This document shows, in pieces, positions 59,802 to 64,000 of a stretch of DNA of 64,000 bases. Numbering within the stretch: position 1 is the first letter of the stretch; every line of letters starts with the position of its first letter. Source of the DNA: a virus (lineage: Duplodnaviria > Caudoviricetes); the IMG/VR virus record IMGVR_UViG_3300035502_001274, positions 96,001 through 160,000 of that record. The stretch is one strand, 5' to 3'. The notes beneath the pieces were generated by a model. It ran no database searches, had not been told where the DNA came from, and worked only from the letters and a program-made list of their open reading frames with translations. Position numbers and translations under genes: made by a program.

Positions 59802-60935
59802 ATGATCTACGTAGAATCGTTCCGGCACCTGGTCCAAGAATGGATAGAGATTCAGCATCCTCGTGATGTTGCGGAGTGGCCTTGGGATCCTGATTCCAGA
59901 CTGTTCATGATCAATCTCTATCCTGTCAGTTCTGGGGAAACTCTCATGAAGCGGCCGACGCCTTTCATCTCCATTCTCATCAATCAGCTGGAGAAGGTGC
60001 AGCCCTGGCTTATCCATGAGGGTCAGTATCTCTACAGAAGCTACTTTGAGAGGCCCAGCTTCAAGCTGCCTCGCAAGTATGTATACGATCCTCTGGTCAA
60101 TGGGGATAAGAGCCTGAAGACCAGCCGCTATACCTTCGAATCCGACAGTTATGGCAACCTTGCCTCTGACTGGAGTGGAGAAGATCTGCGGCTGGCTCGC
60201 ATTCTGGCGCATCGTCCCCATGTTCGCTACTCCGTCTATGACTCCCATGAGTATCATTCCATCCGTGCAAGGTTGGATGCTCTGGAAGCCAAGGCCGATC
60301 ATGGAGTGACTGTGCCCATGGCGGAGAACCTCTTCGATCTGACAGAGTATGCAGAGAACCAACCTGCTCATGACATGGCGCTGATGCTGATTCAAGCTCC
60401 GGTCGTTGGCATTGTGAAACCGATGCGGAAATCCAAGGAGTATAAGATCATCAATGGAGCTCTCATTATGGTGGATGACGTCCAGTTGTCCATCAATGAA
60501 GAGCCCTGCCATGAAGCTTATCAGAAGGAGCGGATTCCTTTCGAGCAGCTCGTAGGAGCAGAAGGCCATAAAGCGATGGGCGTGGAGAACAGCGCCAGAG
60601 CCATCGTGTATGTGGCCGCTGAAGTTCCCTGCGGGATCTTTACCTTCCAGGAGGTCACGCCAAGTGATACCGTGGAGACTGGAATGAAGGACACCTATGT
60701 ACGGGTGATCAATCACCAGTTCATCATCGCTCCTGAGGCCAGTAATAAGAAAGGCCGCAAGATTGAAGTTCGACTCCATCATACCATTACCGAAGGCCTC
60801 ATGCCCAAGGTGAAAGAGTGCAATGCATTCTTCGCCAGACGCAATGAGAAGCTCTTCTATCGAAGCGACATGCCCAATGGCTTTATCAAACAGCAGGGCG
60901 GTAATGCTGTTTCGATGTCCATGCCAATGGAGTAA
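59802..60935 (+). CDS. hypothetical protein
   Basis: aaggagg RBS, 377 aa. Confidence 0.75.
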   Translation: MIYVESFRHLVQEWIEIQHPRDVAEWPWDPDSRLFMINLYPVSSGETLMKRPTPFISILINQLEKVQPWLIHEGQYLYRSYFERPSFKLPRKYVYDPLVNGDKSLKTSRYTFESDSYGNLASDWSGEDLRLARILAHRPHVRYSVYDSHEYHSIRARLDALEAKADHGVTVPMAENLFDLTEYAENQPAHDMALMLIQAPVVGIVKPMRKSKEYKIINGALIMVDDVQLSINEEPCHEAYQKERIPFEQLVGAEGHKAMGVENSARAIVYVAAEVPCGIFTFQEVTPSDTVETGMKDTYVRVINHQFIIAPEASNKKGRKIEVRLHHTITEGLMPKVKECNAFFARRNEKLFYRSDMPNGFIKQQGGNAVSMSMPME

Positions 60936-61147
60936 ATCATCTCCAAGAGAGGTCCCCGTGTCTACATACGGGGACCTCTCCCAGAACGGCAAATTAGCAC
61001 ACTTGTGTCTCTTTTTTGCCGGGATTTGCCGTCATAAAATTAAACATATCGTAACACATCTGGTAATGCACCAATTTCTAGAAATTGGTACGGGACCACA
61101 ATTGCTCTACCAGTTGTGCTATCTTTATACTGAAAGGAAACTGCTCT

Positions 61148-61978
61148 ATGTCAATTCATTACGTTAATGAGCACCTTATCACCGAAGAGGTTACCGGCGA
61201 AGGGACTTGGCCTCAGAATAACGATGAGGCTTACAAGAGAATTATGATCAAGACGACTGAAGATGCGGTCCGCAAGCTGGAGGACGGCTCCTTTGAGCCC
61301 AACATCCGGACGATCTGCGCCCACAACTGCAGCCTGGTTCCCACGGCCTACACCCGGATCTCTTCTACCATTCGTGACGGCGCTTTTGCGCCCAAGATCA
61401 CCATCCGCACTTCCACCGATACCCGCTACAACAGCGATATCTTTGTGGTCGCCCTGCCCTACGACGGCATGATCAAGCCCTTCACGCACAACACCAATGC
61501 GCTGAACATCTTCAAGAGCCTGATCGTGAAATCCGACAAGTTCAGCATCAAGCATGAGGACCACACCTATCGCCGCTGCGCCTACTTCATCGTCCGTCCC
61601 CATCATGACTGGCTGGGCAACGATGGCTGGTACGGCCCCGACTGCGACCTGGTTCTGACCTTTGCGCAGTCCAACCGCAACAAGGCTACCCAGTCCGACG
61701 AGGAGCTGCAGTGGACCTTCAAGACGGTTCGCGTTCGGTTCGGCGAAAACGGCAAGTACGAGATCACCTCCACCGAGGAGACCGCCCCCTATGACACCTT
61801 CAATCCCGAGGACATCAAGTCCGCTCCCATTTGCGAGCTGGTGGCTCCCACTCAGCTGCATGATGACGGCACCGGCACTTTCCGTCGGGAAGAGCGTCAC
61901 AATGACGGCGGCCGGGATCGCGATGACCGCGGCGGCAACCGTAATAACGGTTTCAAGAAGGGCGGCAAGCGCCGCTAA
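61148..61978 (+). CDS. hypothetical protein with RG-rich tail (possible nucleic-acid binding)
   Basis: Strong codon bias; C-terminal DRDDRGGNRNNGFKKGGKRR. Confidence 0.7.
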   Translation: MSIHYVNEHLITEEVTGEGTWPQNNDEAYKRIMIKTTEDAVRKLEDGSFEPNIRTICAHNCSLVPTAYTRISSTIRDGAFAPKITIRTSTDTRYNSDIFVVALPYDGMIKPFTHNTNALNIFKSLIVKSDKFSIKHEDHTYRRCAYFIVRPHHDWLGNDGWYGPDCDLVLTFAQSNRNKATQSDEELQWTFKTVRVRFGENGKYEITSTEETAPYDTFNPEDIKSAPICELVAPTQLHDDGTGTFRREERHNDGGRDRDDRGGNRNNGFKKGGKRR

Positions 61979-62098
61979 GTAACGGCTTAAATGCACCTCT
62001 AGGCACTGCCTAGAGGTGCTTAAATCCCTATATTGCCATATTATTTCATCGGCAAAAGTACATTAACTCTCGACTTTACGTAGAAAGGAATTTTGAGA

Positions 62099-63313
62099 AT
62101 GGGACTTATCGACGATTTGCATGCATCGGACAAGAAAGGACTGTTTAAGTCCAACGATGACTTTGTGAACTACTCCACCGGTCTCCTGCCTTTGGATTAT
62201 GCCAACGGCTTTTGGATGACCCAGGTGGATCCTGACACGGGAGAGACTTTCCGTGAACCTATCCCCGGTGTCCTGGGTGGCAAGTTGATACTCATGTTTG
62301 GCACCACAGGCTCTGGTAAGACGACCCTGGCGACCCAGATCGCCTATTCCATCATCAAGCCCTTTGAAGATGGCCTGCTGATGCTGGTGGATTGCGAGCA
62401 GACCGCATTGAAAGAGCGGATGTGCTCCATCACCAATAATGATCAGGACGATCCCCGCATTATCCTTAATGTGGACAACACCAGCATCGAAGATGTGCTG
62501 GAGATCATCAACGAACTGTGCCAGCTGAAAGAAGATGGCGGCACGACCTACATGTACGAAGCGAAGAATCGCACATACCATCGGAAGACTGTCAAGAGGT
62601 ATGTGCCGTCTGTCATCATCATCGACTCTTTGCGGCAGTTCAATCCCAAGAATAAGGACGTTGTCACGTTGGGCAATAACATGGACAATGCGCGTGAAGC
62701 GCAGGCCATTGCCCGGTTCCTGGATAACGTCATCAATCGCATCAATAAGTACAACATCACCATCATCTACACCAACCACATCCAGCCCAAGATTGATGCC
62801 AACCCCTACTCTCAGCCGCCTCGTGGCTTGATGCTGTCTCCTCAGACGGAGACGCTGCCTCGCGGCACTCGTCCGCTCTTCTTGGCGCATACGGCCATTC
62901 GTGCCAACTCCATCAAGAGCAATATGTACACCAAAGAGGACGTTGGATTTGATGGATTCATGGTCAACCTGATGCTGGCTAAGTCCAAGACCAACTTCAT
63001 CGGCGCGACGCTGAACGTGGCATTCAACGCCAGTAAGGGATTTGATCCCATCTACACGATGTTTGAATTCGCCAAGCAGTGCGGCATCGTCCAGGGCAAG
63101 AATCCCAATCTCTATCTGGAGGGATTGCCCGATATGAAGTTCTCTCGGAAGAACTTCTCTGAGAAGATGATCAATAATCCGGAGTTCAATACCAAGGTCA
63201 TGCGGACGCTCCAGCCTTATCTGGAAGCGCTGCTGGGCGCCAAGGAAGTCACAGAGGACGACAGAGTCCAGTATGGTGACTATGCATCTCTGGATGTTGA
63301 AGACTCCAAGTAA
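62099..63313 (+). CDS. RecA/UvsX-like recombinase
   Basis: STG...LD, GTTGSGKTT, VDCEQ, IIIDSL and YTNH motifs. Confidence 0.88.
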   Translation: MGLIDDLHASDKKGLFKSNDDFVNYSTGLLPLDYANGFWMTQVDPDTGETFREPIPGVLGGKLILMFGTTGSGKTTLATQIAYSIIKPFEDGLLMLVDCEQTALKERMCSITNNDQDDPRIILNVDNTSIEDVLEIINELCQLKEDGGTTYMYEAKNRTYHRKTVKRYVPSVIIIDSLRQFNPKNKDVVTLGNNMDNAREAQAIARFLDNVINRINKYNITIIYTNHIQPKIDANPYSQPPRGLMLSPQTETLPRGTRPLFLAHTAIRANSIKSNMYTKEDVGFDGFMVNLMLAKSKTNFIGATLNVAFNASKGFDPIYTMFEFAKQCGIVQGKNPNLYLEGLPDMKFSRKNFSEKMINNPEFNTKVMRTLQPYLEALLGAKEVTEDDRVQYGDYASLDVEDSK

Positions 63314-63371
63314 CCGAATGAGAGGGTCGATGCCCTAACCAGGCATCGACCCTCAAGAAAGGAGAGTTTAC

Positions 63372-63770
63372 ATGAATGCTTTACCAGAAGAATTGGCATC
63401 TCGTATTGAAGAGATACGTCAGGAGAAGAAATACCAGTATAGAAAGCCCATCGAAGTACGTGAGGTAACGCGAAATCTCGCATGGGACTTTGATGGTGAC
63501 GTGCTGGATCCTATAAAGGCTGACTTGCATCGCAAAGTTATGGATACCTTGGCCACTTTGGCAACTATTCGAGGAGACGCTGAGATTCTTGAAAGCACAA
63601 CTCCTGCGTATAAAGTGCACGATGAAACACCTAAGTCTCCGCTGGCAAAAATGCTCGAGAATTGGATCGCAGGAATTCGAGATCCTTTTGCAACGGCGTA
63701 TTATCGTCCATATGAATACAACTCTGAAAGTGTCAGAGAACTGATTTCAAATCTATCGAAAGGATGGTAA
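63372..63770 (+). CDS. hypothetical protein
   Basis: aaaggag RBS. Confidence 0.6.
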   Translation: MNALPEELASRIEEIRQEKKYQYRKPIEVREVTRNLAWDFDGDVLDPIKADLHRKVMDTLATLATIRGDAEILESTTPAYKVHDETPKSPLAKMLENWIAGIRDPFATAYYRPYEYNSESVRELISNLSKGW

Positions 63771-63773
63771 ACG

Positions 63774-64000
63774 ATGCCAAATATGAAAGTTATTAAGCCT
63801 ATCCAGAAGTATCTGCTCCAGTTATTTCCGTTGAGATCGGGCCAATTGGCAGTGAATTGCCTTCTGGAGTACATCAACTCCAAGACCAATGATGAACTTG
63901 CCGAAAATGATGGCTTGATCATTTCGTGCGATTGCTCTCATTTGTATGCAGTGGGCACAGATGAATCTGCATTCGAGCTCGAGTTCTATTTCGATCGACT
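63774..64000 (+). CDS. hypothetical protein (partial)
   Basis: Open from ATG 63774 (MPNMKVIKPIQKY...) to the window end. Confidence 0.5.
   Translation, partial: MPNMKVIKPIQKYLLQLFPLRSGQLAVNCLLEYINSKTNDELAENDGLIISCDCSHLYAVGTDESAFELEFYFDR

Noticed and set aside
58827-60992. Long antisense ORFs (721 aa here; also 14334-15938, 16818-18011, 41904-43139, 57659-58804)
   Set aside because: Shadow frames of real genes, produced by codon bias; no RBS or recognisable motifs.
1-64000. CRISPR array, rRNA or stop-codon reassignment
   Set aside because: No regularly spaced repeat-spacer array and no rRNA-like sequence; genes are intact under the standard code and use all three stops.

Overview
This is a 64-kb slice of a jumbo bacteriophage genome of the phiKZ/AR9 type, which encode their own multisubunit RNA polymerases. 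GC is roughly 50% and strong AAAGGAGG ribosome-binding sites suggest a Firmicutes host. Recognisable genes include two split RNAP beta' subunits, one interrupted by a 401-nt group I intron just before the NADFDGD exon. Others are a tubulin (PhuZ/TubZ-like), RecA/UvsX, SbcC/Rad50, an SF2 helicase, a GroEL-like chaperonin, a thymidylate-kinase-like protein, polyphosphate kinase 1, CYTH-family proteins, a MYG1 exonuclease, and baseplate, neck, tail-fibre and head proteins. Two recurring promoter motifs divide the genes cleanly: ATAT(C/T)AT(T/C) before early/enzyme genes, and RACA-N6-TA (the AR9 late consensus) before virion genes. The most unusual items are: (i) a two-unit cassette array at ~20.1-20.8 kb, each unit being a ~125-nt structured element, an AT-rich payload (one is a tail-tip-like ORF) and a terminator; (ii) a ~1500-aa ZnF/nuclease + SNF2 helicase + tandem transglutaminase-like polyprotein punctuated by A-x-E head-protease sites; (iii) three large structured intergenic RNA candidates; (iv) a phage polyphosphate module. 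All calls come from motif recognition by eye; no database searches were run.
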